Positions 20,075-30,092 of a stretch of DNA of 64,000 bases are shown in pieces. The notes beneath the pieces were generated by a model. It worked only from the letters and a program-made list of their open reading frames with translations. It made no database searches and had not been told where the DNA came from. The stretch comes from Candidatus Flavonifractor merdavium (lineage in GTDB: Bacteria; Bacillota; Clostridia; Oscillospirales; Oscillospiraceae), in the NCBI GenBank assembly GCA_019119335.1, contig DWXF01000036.1, positions 29,760 through 93,759 on the forward strand, written 5' to 3'. Made by a program: the position numbers and the translations under genes. Positions within the stretch are counted from its first letter, which is position 1. Each line of letters begins with the position of its first letter.

Positions 20075-20557
20075 TCAGGGCCGGACGGGGAGGGAGTCGT
20101 CCTCTCGGATCCAGTCCTCCACGTGGACCACGGAGTAGTCTGTCTTTGTGTCGCGGATGACCACCCGCTGGATGCCGGCGTTGATGATGAGCCGCCGGCA
20201 CATGGAGCAGGAGGTGGAGCCGGGGATCAGCTCCCCGGTGGCCGGGTTGACGCAGGCCATGTACAGGGTGGCTCCCAGGGTCTCGCTGCGGGCGGCGGAG
20301 ATAATAGCGTTGGCCTCCGCGTGGACCGAGCGGCACAGCTCGTACCGCTCCCCGGAGGGGATGTTCAGGGCTTCCCGGGTACAGTAGTTCAGATCCACGC
20401 AGTTTTTCCGGCCCCGGGGGGCGCCGTTGTAGCCGGTGGCGATGATCTCGTCGCTCTTCACCAGAATGGCCCCGTAGTGCCGCCGCAGGCAGGTGGCCCG
20501 CTCCGCCACCGTCTGGGCGATATCCAGATAATAGTTCTCTTTGTCAATGCGTCCCAT
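20075..20557 (-). CDS. dCMP deaminase / ComEB-family zinc deaminase
   Basis: ATGYNG, HAEANA and CSMC motifs. Confidence 0.88.
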   Translation of the reverse strand: MGRIDKENYYLDIAQTVAERATCLRRHYGAILVKSDEIIATGYNGAPRGRKNCVDLNYCTREALNIPSGERYELCRSVHAEANAIISAARSETLGATLYMACVNPATGELIPGSTSCSMCRRLIINAGIQRVVIRDTKTDYSVVHVEDWIREDDSLPVRP

Positions 20558-20734
20558 GGGTTCTCCTCCGCCGCTTTTTTCCCAAGTATACCGGCTTTTT
20601 TCCCCCGGCGCAAGTCATTTTTTCCGCCGCTGAATTCACATATTGTTTACGTTTCCTTCCTTGACGAAAAAAGCCTCAGGCGGTATCATACTATTTAAGA
20701 AAAATGTAAGCTTTTTGATCAAAGGAGACGACCC

Positions 20735-21136
20735 TTGCTCATGCTGATGAATTTTTTCAGAAAACTGATGTACGGGCGGTATGGCAGCGACCAGCTCTCC
20801 TTTTTCCTCCTCATCACCTATGTGGTTTTGATCCTGCTGTCCGGTCTGCCCCATATGGGCCTGCTCTCCTGGGTGGCCCTGGCGGTGCTGCTGTGGGATT
20901 TGTTCCGCATGTTCTCCCGGCGCATTGACCGCCGCCGGGCGGAAAACGCCCGGTTCCTCCACATGGTGGGTCCGGCCGTCCGCTGGGTGAAAATGCGTCA
21001 CACCATCCACCGGGACAAGGAACACCGCTATTTCAGGTGTCCCAACTGCGGACAATACCTGCGGGTGCCCCGGGGAAAGGGAAAAATCACGGTGAGCTGC
21101 CGCAACTGCGGCGCCAGTTTTGAGGAGCGGAGCTGA
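20735..21136 (+). CDS. Conserved membrane protein with C-terminal Zn ribbon
   Basis: MYGRYGSDQL N-terminus, two TMs, CPNC...CRNC; AAAGGAG RBS. Confidence 0.75.
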   Translation: MLMLMNFFRKLMYGRYGSDQLSFFLLITYVVLILLSGLPHMGLLSWVALAVLLWDLFRMFSRRIDRRRAENARFLHMVGPAVRWVKMRHTIHRDKEHRYFRCPNCGQYLRVPRGKGKITVSCRNCGASFEERS

Positions 21137-21207
21137 CTGCCCGCGCCCCGGCCGGCGCGCCCCCGGCGCGCCGGCTTTTTGCAGCCTTTTACAGGGAGAG
21201 TGAGCAT

Positions 21208-21483
21208 ATGAGACAGTGTATGGACGCCGACAATCTGCACCGCCGGCTGAGAAAGGTCATCGGCCAGCTCAACGCCATCGACCGGATGGTGGACGAGGAC
21301 GTGCCCTGCGAGGAGATGCTGATGCAGATCAACGCCGCCAAAAGCGCCCTCCACAAGGTGGGCCAGGTGGTGCTGGAGGGCCATCTCAACCACTGCGTCC
21401 GGGACGGCATTGAGCACGGGGACGCAGACAAGACCATTTCCGAGTTTGCCAAGGCCATCGAGCACTTTTCCCGCATGAGCTGA
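21208..21483 (+). CDS. CsoR/RcnR-family metal-sensing repressor
   Basis: RLRKVIGQL, Cys34, His59-x3-Cys63 (C-H-C fingerprint). Confidence 0.85.
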   Translation: MRQCMDADNLHRRLRKVIGQLNAIDRMVDEDVPCEEMLMQINAAKSALHKVGQVVLEGHLNHCVRDGIEHGDADKTISEFAKAIEHFSRMS

Positions 21484-21528
21484 AAAACCATCGCCCGCCG
21501 CATTGGGCTTGCGGCGGGCGATGGTTTT

Positions 21529-22893
21529 CTATTTTCCCACGCAGAAGCGCTCAAAGATCCGGGCGGTGATATCCTCCCGCAGGTTGGCGCCGGTGAGCTC
21601 TCCCAGGGCGGACAGGGCCTCCTCCACATCGGTGAGCAGGGCGTCGGGGGTGATCCCCGCCGCCAGGCTCTCCTCCGCCCGGGTCACGCTGTCCAGTGCC
21701 CGCCGGGCGGCCTGGGCCTGCCGCAGGTTGGTAAGCAGCTCTCCTGCCGCCCCCTGTCCGCCGGTGGGGAACAGCCGCTCCACCGCCTTCGCCAGCGCCT
21801 CCAGCCCCCGGCCGGTCTTTACGCTGAGCTCCACCACCGGCGGCATGGGGTCCAGCGCCGGAAGGGGGGCGGCGGGCAGGTCTCCCTTGGTCCACACCAG
21901 GATGGTGGGGGCGTGGGCCGCGGCCTCCTCCAGCAGGGCGGCGTCCTCCGCGGTAAAGGGCGCCGAGCCGTCGCACAGCAGCAGCACCAGAGCGGCCTCC
22001 TCCAGGGCGGCCCGGCTGCGCTCCACCCCGATGCGCTCCACCTCGTCGGCTGCCTCCCGGATGCCGGCGGTGTCGATCACCCGCAGGGTCACGCTGCCCA
22101 GCCGGCAGCGGGCCTCCACCGTGTCCCGGGTAGTGCCGGGCACCGGGGTGACAATGGCCCGCTCATATCCCGCCAGGGCGTTGAGCAGGGAGGACTTGCC
22201 CGCGTTGGGCCGGCCGATGAGGGCGCAGGGGATGCCCCCCGCCAGATACCGGCCCCGGTCGTAGGTGGCCAGCAGGGCGGACAGCTCCCCTTTGGCGGTT
22301 TCCAGCCCGCTCCGGATGGTCTCCGCCCGGAAGGGGTCGATGTCCTCGTCGGGGTAGTCCAGCACCGCGTGGAAGTGGGCCAGCAGGTCCACCAGAGCGT
22401 CGTAAATGCCCTGTACCCGGCGGCTCAGGGCGCCGGAGAGCTGTCCGGCGGCCTGGTGGACGGCGGCGGGGGTCTCCGCGTCGATCAGGTCGGCCACCGC
22501 CTCCGCCTGGGCCAGGTCCATCCGGCCGTTGAGCAGGGCCCGGCGGGTGAATTCCCCCGGCCCCGCCTGCCGCACGCCCTGGGCGAACAGAGCCTCCAGA
22601 GCCAGGGTCAGCACCATGGGGGAGCCGTGACACTGCAGCTCCGCTGTGTCCTCCCCGGTATAGCTGTGGGGGCCGCGGGAGATGGTGGCCAGGGCCTGGT
22701 CGATGACGGCCCCATCCGCCCCCAGCAGGGAGCCGTACACCAGCTGCCGGTCCCTGGATTCCTCCAGGGGCCGTCCCCCGGCAGGGCGGAACACGGCGGC
22801 GGCGGCGGCAATGGCCCCCGGCCCGGAAAGCCGCAGAATCCCAATGGCACCGGTGGCCGGGCCGGTGGCGATGGCGGCAATGGTATCGGACAT
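21529..22893 (-). CDS. mnmE: tRNA modification GTPase MnmE
   Basis: DTIAAIAT, GRPNAGKSSL, PGTTRD, DTAGIR and C-terminal FCVGK. Confidence 0.96.
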   Translation of the reverse strand: MSDTIAAIATGPATGAIGILRLSGPGAIAAAAAVFRPAGGRPLEESRDRQLVYGSLLGADGAVIDQALATISRGPHSYTGEDTAELQCHGSPMVLTLALEALFAQGVRQAGPGEFTRRALLNGRMDLAQAEAVADLIDAETPAAVHQAAGQLSGALSRRVQGIYDALVDLLAHFHAVLDYPDEDIDPFRAETIRSGLETAKGELSALLATYDRGRYLAGGIPCALIGRPNAGKSSLLNALAGYERAIVTPVPGTTRDTVEARCRLGSVTLRVIDTAGIREAADEVERIGVERSRAALEEAALVLLLCDGSAPFTAEDAALLEEAAAHAPTILVWTKGDLPAAPLPALDPMPPVVELSVKTGRGLEALAKAVERLFPTGGQGAAGELLTNLRQAQAARRALDSVTRAEESLAAGITPDALLTDVEEALSALGELTGANLREDITARIFERFCVGK

Positions 22894-23023
22894 GATCATC
22901 ACCTCGGAGTCAACCTTTTGTTACCTGAATTATACCAGATTTCGTCCCACTTGGGGAGGAAAAAACTTTGGCGAAAGCGACGTGCTTTTTTCTCTTGACT
23001 GAACTTATGTCAACGATTTTTGA

Positions 23024-23075
23024 ATATCCACAGGCTGTGCAAAACTGTGGAAAACCATGTGGACAATGTGGAAAA
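23024..23075. promoter_or_regulatory. Cluster of five DnaA-box-like 9-mers upstream of mnmE
   Basis: ATATCCACA (+, 23024); on the minus strand TTTTGCACA (23036), TTTTCCACA (23046), TTGTCCACA (23058) and TTTTCCACA (23067). Each is 1-2 mismatches from TTATCCACA. Confidence 0.65.
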
Positions 23076-23296
23076 CCCTTCTCCAGTCTGGTTTTTACCA
23101 AATCTGTATGTGCGCGTTACAATGCATATTTCTCTGTATAACGACAACCAAACGGAATTTATGGTTTCCGCAGGAAGCATTTGTCAAATTGGCAAAAAAG
23201 GTACACCAAATTTAGCTAAAGTTGCCCTTGAACCGGGTGGTTTTTAGTGCTAAACTATTATTAGTACTAAAAAATAATTTTTTGGAGGCGTGTGAA

Positions 23297-23959
23297 ATGG
23301 ACCATGCACCCCTGCCCCGGCGGTATCTGATCTTTTTTGCCGGCGTGGTGAGCTCCGCGCTGGGGATCGCCCTCATTACCCTGGCGGGCATGGGGACGTC
23401 GGCGGTATCCAGTCTGGCCTATGTGCTGACCTTTGTGTTTCCCGGCGTGTCTCTGGGGTGCTTCACCTTCCTGGTAAACTGTGTCATGCTGGGGGGACAG
23501 GCGCTGCTGCTGCGCAGCAAGTTCCAGCCCATCCAGCTGCTGCAGGTCCCGGCCACCTTTGTGTTCTCCGCCTGCATCGACCTGTGGATGGATCTGCTGT
23601 CCGCCCTGGTGCCGTCGGCCTATGCCGGCCGGTGGGTGGTGCTGCTGCTGGGCTGCGGTTTCCTGGGGCTGGGGGTGGCCCTGGAGGTGGTTCCCAACGT
23701 GCTGATTCTCCCCTGTGAGGGCTTTGTGCGCACCTGCAGCCAGGTGTTTGGCTGGGAGTTTGGTAAGACCAAGACGGGATACGACCTGACCATGCTGTGC
23801 TCCGCGCTGCTGGTGTCTCTGCTGTGCCTGGGGTCGGTCCACGGCCTGCGGGAGGGCACGGTGGTGTGCGCCCTCACCGTGGGGTCCATCTCCCGCTTTT
23901 TCTGCCGCCGGATCCAGTATGTATGGGAGCGCAGACACCCGTCGCTGGCCCATACATAA
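23297..23959 (+). CDS. YczE/YitT-like integral membrane protein
   Basis: About 6 TMs, GMGTSAVSS and GLREGTV motifs; GGAGG RBS before ATG 23297. Confidence 0.75.
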   Translation: MDHAPLPRRYLIFFAGVVSSALGIALITLAGMGTSAVSSLAYVLTFVFPGVSLGCFTFLVNCVMLGGQALLLRSKFQPIQLLQVPATFVFSACIDLWMDLLSALVPSAYAGRWVVLLLGCGFLGLGVALEVVPNVLILPCEGFVRTCSQVFGWEFGKTKTGYDLTMLCSALLVSLLCLGSVHGLREGTVVCALTVGSISRFFCRRIQYVWERRHPSLAHT

Positions 23960-24031
23960 GGGCGACGGCGGAAAGAAAGAAGATAAAAACTGCCGCGGGC
24001 CATGGCCCGCGGCAGTTTTTTGTATCCAGTG

Positions 24032-25426
24032 TCAGCCCAGACGGCTCAGGATTACCTGGGCGGCCTTGACGCCGGAGGCGCCGGCCTGGGCCAGACCCCG
24101 GGTGATGCCCGCGCCGTCGCCCACGGCGAAGAAGCCGGGCAGGGAGGTCTCCAGCTCGCCGGACAGGGCCAGCCGGGCGGAGTAGAACTTCACCTCCGCG
24201 CCGTAGAGCAGGGTGTCGTAGTTGGCGGTGCCGGGAGCAATCTTGTCCAGCTGATAGATCATCTCAATGATGTCGTCCAGCTGCCGCTTGGGCAGGGCCA
24301 GGGACAGGTCGCCGGGCACGGCGGCGGTGAGGGTGGGCCGGACGAAGGACTTGCCCAGCCGGTGCTCATTGGTGCGGATGCCGCTGACCAGATCGCCGAA
24401 CCGCTGCACCAGCACGCCGCCGGCCAGCATGTTGGACAGGGAGGCAATGTGCTTGCCATAGCGGTAGGGTTCGTTGAAGGGCTGGGTGAACCGGTTGGAC
24501 ACCAGCAGGGCGAAGTTGGTGTTCTCGCTCTGGAGGGCGGGGTCGGAGTAGGAGTGGCCGTTGACGGTGTTGATCCCCTCCACGCTCTCGGCCACCACAT
24601 GGCCGTAGGGGTTCATGCAGAAGGTGCGCACTGGGTCGCCGTACTGCTTGGTGCGGTAGACCAGCTTGGACTCGTACACCACGTCGGTGATGTGCTCAAA
24701 GACCTTGGCGGGCAGCTCCACCCGCACGCCGATGTCCACCTGGTTGTTGATGAGCTGGATGCCCAGTTCCTTGCACTGGTTGGAGAACCACTCCGCGCCG
24801 GAGCGGCCGGGTCCGGCGATGAGCCAGGTGCAGTCGATTTCGTCGCCCTGCTCGGTGATCAGGCGGTAGCCCTCGCCGTTGAGGTTTTCGATTTTGGTCA
24901 CCGGGGTGTGGAACCGGAACTCCACCCCCTTGCGGCACTCCTCATAGATGCTCTGGAGGATTTTCAGGTTGTTTTCGGTGCCCAGGTGCTTGCACCGGGC
25001 CTGGAGCAGGTGGAGGTCGTGCTCCAGAGCCTTTTTTTCCAGGGCCCGGGCCGCCGGGGTGTCGGTGGAAAACACCTTGTCGGTGGCCCCGTGCTTCATA
25101 TTGATGGAGTCCACATAGTCAATGAGGCGCATGACCTCTTCCCGGGGCATGAAGTCGGTGAGCCAGCCGCCGAAGGCGGTGGTGAAGTTGTACTTGCCGT
25201 CGGAAAAGGCGCCGGCGCCGCCAAAGCCGCACATGGTGCCGCACACCTTGCAGTGGATGCACTCCTTCACCTTGCCCGCCACGATGGGGCAGCTGCGGGT
25301 ATAGATGTCGGCCCCCTGGTCCAGGGCCACCACCTTCAGGTTGGGATTGCGGTGCATCAGCTCATATCCGGCGAAGATGCCGGCCTCTCCGCAGCCCAGA
25401 ATGGCAACGTCATACCGTGTGTTCAT
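24032..25426 (-). CDS. Uncharacterised FAD-dependent oxidoreductase
   Basis: Rossmann GCGEAG, GFGGAGAFSDGK, VRTFCMNP and C-terminal GDGAGITRGL. Confidence 0.82.
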   Translation of the reverse strand: MNTRYDVAILGCGEAGIFAGYELMHRNPNLKVVALDQGADIYTRSCPIVAGKVKECIHCKVCGTMCGFGGAGAFSDGKYNFTTAFGGWLTDFMPREEVMRLIDYVDSINMKHGATDKVFSTDTPAARALEKKALEHDLHLLQARCKHLGTENNLKILQSIYEECRKGVEFRFHTPVTKIENLNGEGYRLITEQGDEIDCTWLIAGPGRSGAEWFSNQCKELGIQLINNQVDIGVRVELPAKVFEHITDVVYESKLVYRTKQYGDPVRTFCMNPYGHVVAESVEGINTVNGHSYSDPALQSENTNFALLVSNRFTQPFNEPYRYGKHIASLSNMLAGGVLVQRFGDLVSGIRTNEHRLGKSFVRPTLTAAVPGDLSLALPKRQLDDIIEMIYQLDKIAPGTANYDTLLYGAEVKFYSARLALSGELETSLPGFFAVGDGAGITRGLAQAGASGVKAAQVILSRLG

Positions 25427-25552
25427 GTGCGATCTCTCACTTTTCGTTATATTAGGCAGGCATCACACATGCCTATCCAAGTTAGTATTATACCAAAGCG
25501 GCACTTTTTTGACAACAGCAACTAAAAAATTTTAAGGCCGCCTGTTCAAAAA

Positions 25553-26605
25553 TCATTCCCCCGGCGTATAGGGCGCCACCTCCACGCCGGTGTAGTACCA
25601 CTTCAGGATCTCGTCGTAGGTCTTGCCCTGCTTGGCCAGGGCGTTGGCCCCGTACTGGCTCATGCCCACCCCGTGGCCGTAGCCGGTGACAGAGAAGGTC
25701 ACCCCCTGGCTGCCGGCGGTCACGGTGAAGCTGGTGGAGCGCAGCCCCAGCAGGGTGCGCAGCGCCCCGCCGGAGACGGTGACGCCCCCCACGTCCACCT
25801 GTTCCACCCCGCCGGCGGAGTTGGGCACGGTGTTCTGAAACCAGCCGGCGGGGTCCCCGGACAGGTCGGCGTCGGGGTACTGGGCCAGCAGTTTGCTTTT
25901 GAACTCCTCCAGGGTAAAGGTGACGGTGGAGTGGTAGTTGGGCACCTCGTCTCCCTCGGGGCTGTCCACTCCGGTGAGATAGGGCACCGAATTGCCCCAC
26001 ACCTCCACCGCGTCCACCGTCCGCCCGGCGGCGGAGGAGAAGAACACCGCCTGAATGGGCTGGCCGCCGTATAAAACGGCCATCCCGTCGGTCTCCGACA
26101 CGGCGGAGGTAATTTTGGCGGTGTATTCCGCCGCGCTGTCCCCCCAGTTGGCGGCGGCCTGGTCGGGGTCTATGTAGGCCTGGCAGCAGGTGATGTCGGT
26201 GCACACGTCGGCGTCGGGGTGCTTTTCCACCGTGCGCCCCAGCTTGGACAGGGTGTAGGTCCGGGCGGCGGCGGCCTGGGCCTTCAGCGCCTCCAGCTCA
26301 AAGGAGGCGGGCATCTCCGCCGCCACCACCCGCCACAGGTACTGGTCCAGCCCCAGGGTCAGCACGCTGCCGTCGGTCAGCGCTACCCGGATCCGGGTCT
26401 GGCTGTCCGCCGAGGGGCTGGGGGTGACCACGGTCCGGTCGATGGGCAGCTCACCGGTGGGAGCGGCCTGCTCCGCCTGCTCCAGCCCTCCCCCTCCGAA
26501 GAGCAGCAGCGGCAGCAGAAACAGAACCAGCAGCAGCGCCAGGGCCGTGGCCACCACCTGTTTCACGCCCCACCGCTGTCCATAATTTTGCAAGTTATTC
26601 TTCAT
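25553..26605 (-). CDS. spoIID: Stage II sporulation protein D (lytic transglycosylase)
   Basis: N-terminal TM, VVAAEMPASFELEALKAQAAAARTY, GYGHGVGMSQYGA. Confidence 0.92.
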   Translation of the reverse strand: MKNNLQNYGQRWGVKQVVATALALLLVLFLLPLLLFGGGGLEQAEQAAPTGELPIDRTVVTPSPSADSQTRIRVALTDGSVLTLGLDQYLWRVVAAEMPASFELEALKAQAAAARTYTLSKLGRTVEKHPDADVCTDITCCQAYIDPDQAAANWGDSAAEYTAKITSAVSETDGMAVLYGGQPIQAVFFSSAAGRTVDAVEVWGNSVPYLTGVDSPEGDEVPNYHSTVTFTLEEFKSKLLAQYPDADLSGDPAGWFQNTVPNSAGGVEQVDVGGVTVSGGALRTLLGLRSTSFTVTAGSQGVTFSVTGYGHGVGMSQYGANALAKQGKTYDEILKWYYTGVEVAPYTPGE

Positions 26606-26685
26606 CACAATTCACTTTCCGACTTGGTTGTGGGTATCCTCTTCAGGTTGTTTTGCCAAAAATCCTTGGAATAACTTGTTTTGGA

Positions 26686-26714
26686 TTGACGGCAGGGGAA
26701 AAAGGGATTACAAT
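26686..26714 (+). promoter_or_regulatory. Sigma-A promoter of citrate synthase
   Basis: TTGACG-17nt-TACAAT. Confidence 0.65.
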
Positions 26715-26751
26715 GAATAGCATCAAAATTTGGGAGAAGGAGCGGGTTCGG

Positions 26752-28119
26752 ATGCAAAATGAAGCGCACGAGGCCTTTGCGGGCTTCCTCACAAGTCTAT
26801 GCGCGGAGTACCAGAAGCATAACCAGATTGATCCGGCATATTATGAGCGCTACAACGTGAAGCGGGGCCTGCGCAATGCCGACGGCACCGGCGTGATGGC
26901 CGGAGTGACCCAGATCGGCAACGTCATGGGCTATTATCTGCAGGACGGCGAGCGGGTGCCCGCCCCCGGCAAGCTGGTGTACCGGGGCATTGACGTGGAG
27001 GAGCTGGTGGACGGCTTTGTGGGGGAGGACCGGTTCGGCTTTGAGGAGACAGCCTATCTGCTGCTCTTCGGCGAGCTGCCCACCCGGGAGCAGCTGGCGG
27101 CCTTTCAGCAGCTGCTCAGTGACAACCACACCCTGCCCCACATGTTTACCGAGGACATGATCATCAAGGCCCCCAGTCCCGACGTGATGAACAAGCTGGC
27201 CCGGTCGGTGCTGGCCCTCTATTCCTATGACGACAACCCCGATGACATGTCCCTGCCCAACCAGCTGCGGCAGGCAATCCAGCTTATCGCCCGGGTGCCC
27301 GTCATCGTGGCCCACGCCTTTGCCGTGAAGCGGCACTACTACGACGACGAATCCCTCTATCTCCACCGGCCCCAGCCGGGGCTCAGCGTGGCGGAGAACT
27401 TCCTCTACTCCGTTCGCCACGACAACCAGTTCACCCAGCAGGAGGCCCGGCTGCTGGATTTGTGCCTGGTGCTCCACGCCGAGCACGGCGGCGGCAACAA
27501 CTCCGCCTTTGCCTGCCGGGTGCTCTCCTCCTCCGGCACCGATACCTACTCCTCCATCGCCGCGGCGGTGGGATCCCTGAAAGGGCCCCGGCACGGCGGC
27601 GCCAACAAGAAGGTCATGGAGATGTTCGGCTATATTGAGGAGGGGGTCAGGGACTGGAAGGACGACGAGGAGGTCAAGGACTTCCTGGGCAGGCTGCTGC
27701 GGAAGGAGGCGGGGGACCGGTCCGGCCTGATCTACGGCATGGGCCACGCCATCTACACTCTGTCCGACCCCCGGGCCGTGATCCTGAAGAAGTTTGCCAG
27801 GCAGCTGGCCCAGACCAAGGGCATGGAGGACGAGTTCCAGCTCTACGAGACGGTGGAGCGGCTCACCCCCCAGGTGCTCCTGTCCGTCAAGGGGGAGAGC
27901 AAGGTGGTGTGCGCCAACGTGGACCTGTTCTCCGGCATGGTGTACAAGATGATGGGCATTCCCCAGGAGCTGTACACCCCCCTGTTTGCCGTGGCCCGCA
28001 TTGTGGGCTGGTGCGCCCACCGTATCGAGGAGGTCTACCAGCCCGGCAACCGGATCATCCGCCCCGCCTACAAGGCGGTGGCTCCCATGCGCACCTTCGT
28101 ACCCCTGGACCAGCGGTAA
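26752..28119 (+). CDS. gltA: Citrate synthase (Si-type, citrate/2-methylcitrate synthase family)
   Basis: HAEHGGGNNS, GPRHGGAN, GMGHAIY and ANVDL motifs; AAGGAG RBS before ATG 26752. Confidence 0.88.
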   Translation: MQNEAHEAFAGFLTSLCAEYQKHNQIDPAYYERYNVKRGLRNADGTGVMAGVTQIGNVMGYYLQDGERVPAPGKLVYRGIDVEELVDGFVGEDRFGFEETAYLLLFGELPTREQLAAFQQLLSDNHTLPHMFTEDMIIKAPSPDVMNKLARSVLALYSYDDNPDDMSLPNQLRQAIQLIARVPVIVAHAFAVKRHYYDDESLYLHRPQPGLSVAENFLYSVRHDNQFTQQEARLLDLCLVLHAEHGGGNNSAFACRVLSSSGTDTYSSIAAAVGSLKGPRHGGANKKVMEMFGYIEEGVRDWKDDEEVKDFLGRLLRKEAGDRSGLIYGMGHAIYTLSDPRAVILKKFARQLAQTKGMEDEFQLYETVERLTPQVLLSVKGESKVVCANVDLFSGMVYKMMGIPQELYTPLFAVARIVGWCAHRIEEVYQPGNRIIRPAYKAVAPMRTFVPLDQR

Positions 28120-28187
28120 GGCTGGGAAAGAAGCAGGAAAAAGCAGGCGCTTGTTCAAGCGCCTGCTTTTTTGTGTGTGAAGGGGCT

Positions 28188-29783
28188 TCAGCGGTCCCAT
28201 TTCTCGATGAGGGCCCGCAGCTGGTCGGCAAACTTGCCCAGGTCCTTGTTGGTACCCCCCTTGTTGTGAGCGATGACCTCCATCAGCTTGCGGCCCACAT
28301 CCTCCAGCCGCTGGTAGGCGGGGGAGGCGCCGGGAGTGGCCGCCGGTTTCTTCTCCGGCGGCAGGCCGGGGGCCAGCATCTGGTTGCTCAGCAGGTCGTA
28401 GACCTCCTCGTAATTGGGGGCATGGGCCTCCAGCCCCCGCTGGCGCAGGGTGGCGGCGTAGAGGTCGGCCACCTCCGCCTCCCCGTGGACCACAAAGACC
28501 TGCCTGGGCTGGGGGGTGAAGTGCTCGATCCACCGCAGCAGCCCGTCCCGGTCGGCGTGGGAGCTGAGGCCGTGGAAGTTGACAATGCGGGCCCGGACGG
28601 CGATCTCCTCCCCGAAGAGCTTCACGGAGGTGACGCCGTTGAGCAGCCGCCGGCCCAGGCTGCCCTCCGCCTGGTAGCCCACGAACACCACCGCGCACTC
28701 CGGCCGCCACAGGTTGTGCTTCAGGTGGTGGCGGATCCGGCCGGCGTCGCACATGCCGGAGGCGGAGATGATCACCCGGGGGGTCTTGTCCTCGTTGAGG
28801 GCCCGGGACTCGGCGCTGGACTCGGTGATGGTGAGCCCCGGGAACTGGAACAGGGCGCCCCCCTTCAGGGCCAGGATGGCCTCCTCGTCCAGATAGCCGT
28901 GGAGGTCGCCGGAGAAAATGCGGGTGGCCTCGCCCGCCAGGGGGGAGTCTACCACCACCTGGAAGTTGGGCGCGCTCTTCACCAGCCCCTGCTCCTTCAT
29001 CTCCCGGATGAAGTACAAAAGCTCCTGGGTGCGGCCCACGGCGAAGGAGGGGATGATCACGTTGCCCCCCTTGCCCAGAGTCTCGTCAATGATGGCGGCC
29101 AGGTCGGCGGTGTAGTCCGGCTTCTGGGCCATGTCGTGGAGCCGGTCGCCGTAGGTGCTCTCGGTGAGGACGTAGTCGGCGTCCTTAACGTACTGGGGAT
29201 CCCGGATAATGGGCTGGTCCCGGTTGCCGATGTCTCCGGAAAAGACCACCTTCCGGGTCTCGTCCCCCTCGGTGAGCCACATTTCCACGCTGGCCGAGCC
29301 CAGCAGGTGGCCCGCGTCCACAAAGCGGATCTTCACCCCGTCCTCCACCTGCAGCCGGGTGCCGTACTCGCAGGTGACGATGTGCTTGATGGCGGCCTCG
29401 GCGTCGGCCACGGTGTACAGGGGCTCCACCGGCTCCTCCCCGGCCCGCCTGCCCTTCTGGTTCTGCCACTGGGCGTCGCTCTCCTGGATGTGGGCCGAGT
29501 CCCGCAGCATGATGCTCAGCAGCTGGCCGGTGAGCCGGGTGCAGTAGATGTTGCCCTCAAAGCCCTGCTTGACCAGCAGGGGAATGCGTCCGGAGTGGTC
29601 GATGTGGGCGTGGGTGACCACCACCGCGTCGATGTATCCGGCGTTGAAATCCAGGGCCTGGTTGTCCCGCTCATCCCTGCCCTGCTGCAGGCCGCAGTCC
29701 ACCAGGATCTTCTTTCCGCCGCACTCCACACAGTGGCAGCTGCCGGTAACCGCGTGAGCCGCGCCGAAAAAGGTCAGTTTCAT
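28188..29783 (-). CDS. MBL-fold beta-CASP ribonuclease-like protein
   Basis: THAHIDHSG, DAGHLLGS, ESTYGDR, SSHAD and VVHGE motifs. Confidence 0.9.
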   Translation of the reverse strand: MKLTFFGAAHAVTGSCHCVECGGKKILVDCGLQQGRDERDNQALDFNAGYIDAVVVTHAHIDHSGRIPLLVKQGFEGNIYCTRLTGQLLSIMLRDSAHIQESDAQWQNQKGRRAGEEPVEPLYTVADAEAAIKHIVTCEYGTRLQVEDGVKIRFVDAGHLLGSASVEMWLTEGDETRKVVFSGDIGNRDQPIIRDPQYVKDADYVLTESTYGDRLHDMAQKPDYTADLAAIIDETLGKGGNVIIPSFAVGRTQELLYFIREMKEQGLVKSAPNFQVVVDSPLAGEATRIFSGDLHGYLDEEAILALKGGALFQFPGLTITESSAESRALNEDKTPRVIISASGMCDAGRIRHHLKHNLWRPECAVVFVGYQAEGSLGRRLLNGVTSVKLFGEEIAVRARIVNFHGLSSHADRDGLLRWIEHFTPQPRQVFVVHGEAEVADLYAATLRQRGLEAHAPNYEEVYDLLSNQMLAPGLPPEKKPAATPGASPAYQRLEDVGRKLMEVIAHNKGGTNKDLGKFADQLRALIEKWDR

Positions 29784-29867
29784 GGTGCACCTCCTTTAAG
29801 TACTTCGGTAAGTTGATTGTACCTCCAAAACCGGCCGGTGTAAATAAGCTCTGGGGAAGAAGGGCGG

Positions 29868-29902
29868 AAAAAGGCGGCCGGACGCATATGCGTCCGGCCG
29901 CC
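29868..29902 (-). terminator. Intrinsic terminator of an unannotated minus-strand transcript
   Basis: Perfect 30-nt palindrome GGCGGCCGGACGCATATGCGTCCGGCCGCC followed by TTTTT on the minus strand. Confidence 0.7.
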
Positions 29903-30092
29903 GGCGGAAGAGAAGAGAGGAGAAAGAGAGGAAGAAAATCTATCGTCACACGCCGGGCGTGTTGTCTCTGGTCTGCCCCCACAGCCGGGGGGCAGTCACA
30001 AAGGCCGGCCGGTGGTCTGAACACGCAACAGATGGCATTTCTCCTTCCGCGCGTTCCCGGCCTGCGCCTTTATTCATGAGCTTTGGCTGTGC
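29868..30092 (-). ncRNA. Candidate small RNA (or 30-codon sORF transcript)
   Basis: Extended -10 TGgTATTCT at 30097-30105, structured core, CU-rich tract and terminator; no long ORF. Confidence 0.35.

Noticed and set aside
23024-23280. oriC at the DnaA-box cluster
   Set aside because: No dnaA/dnaN nearby, only five imperfect boxes and no evident DnaA-trio/DUE. Kept only as a secondary box cluster.
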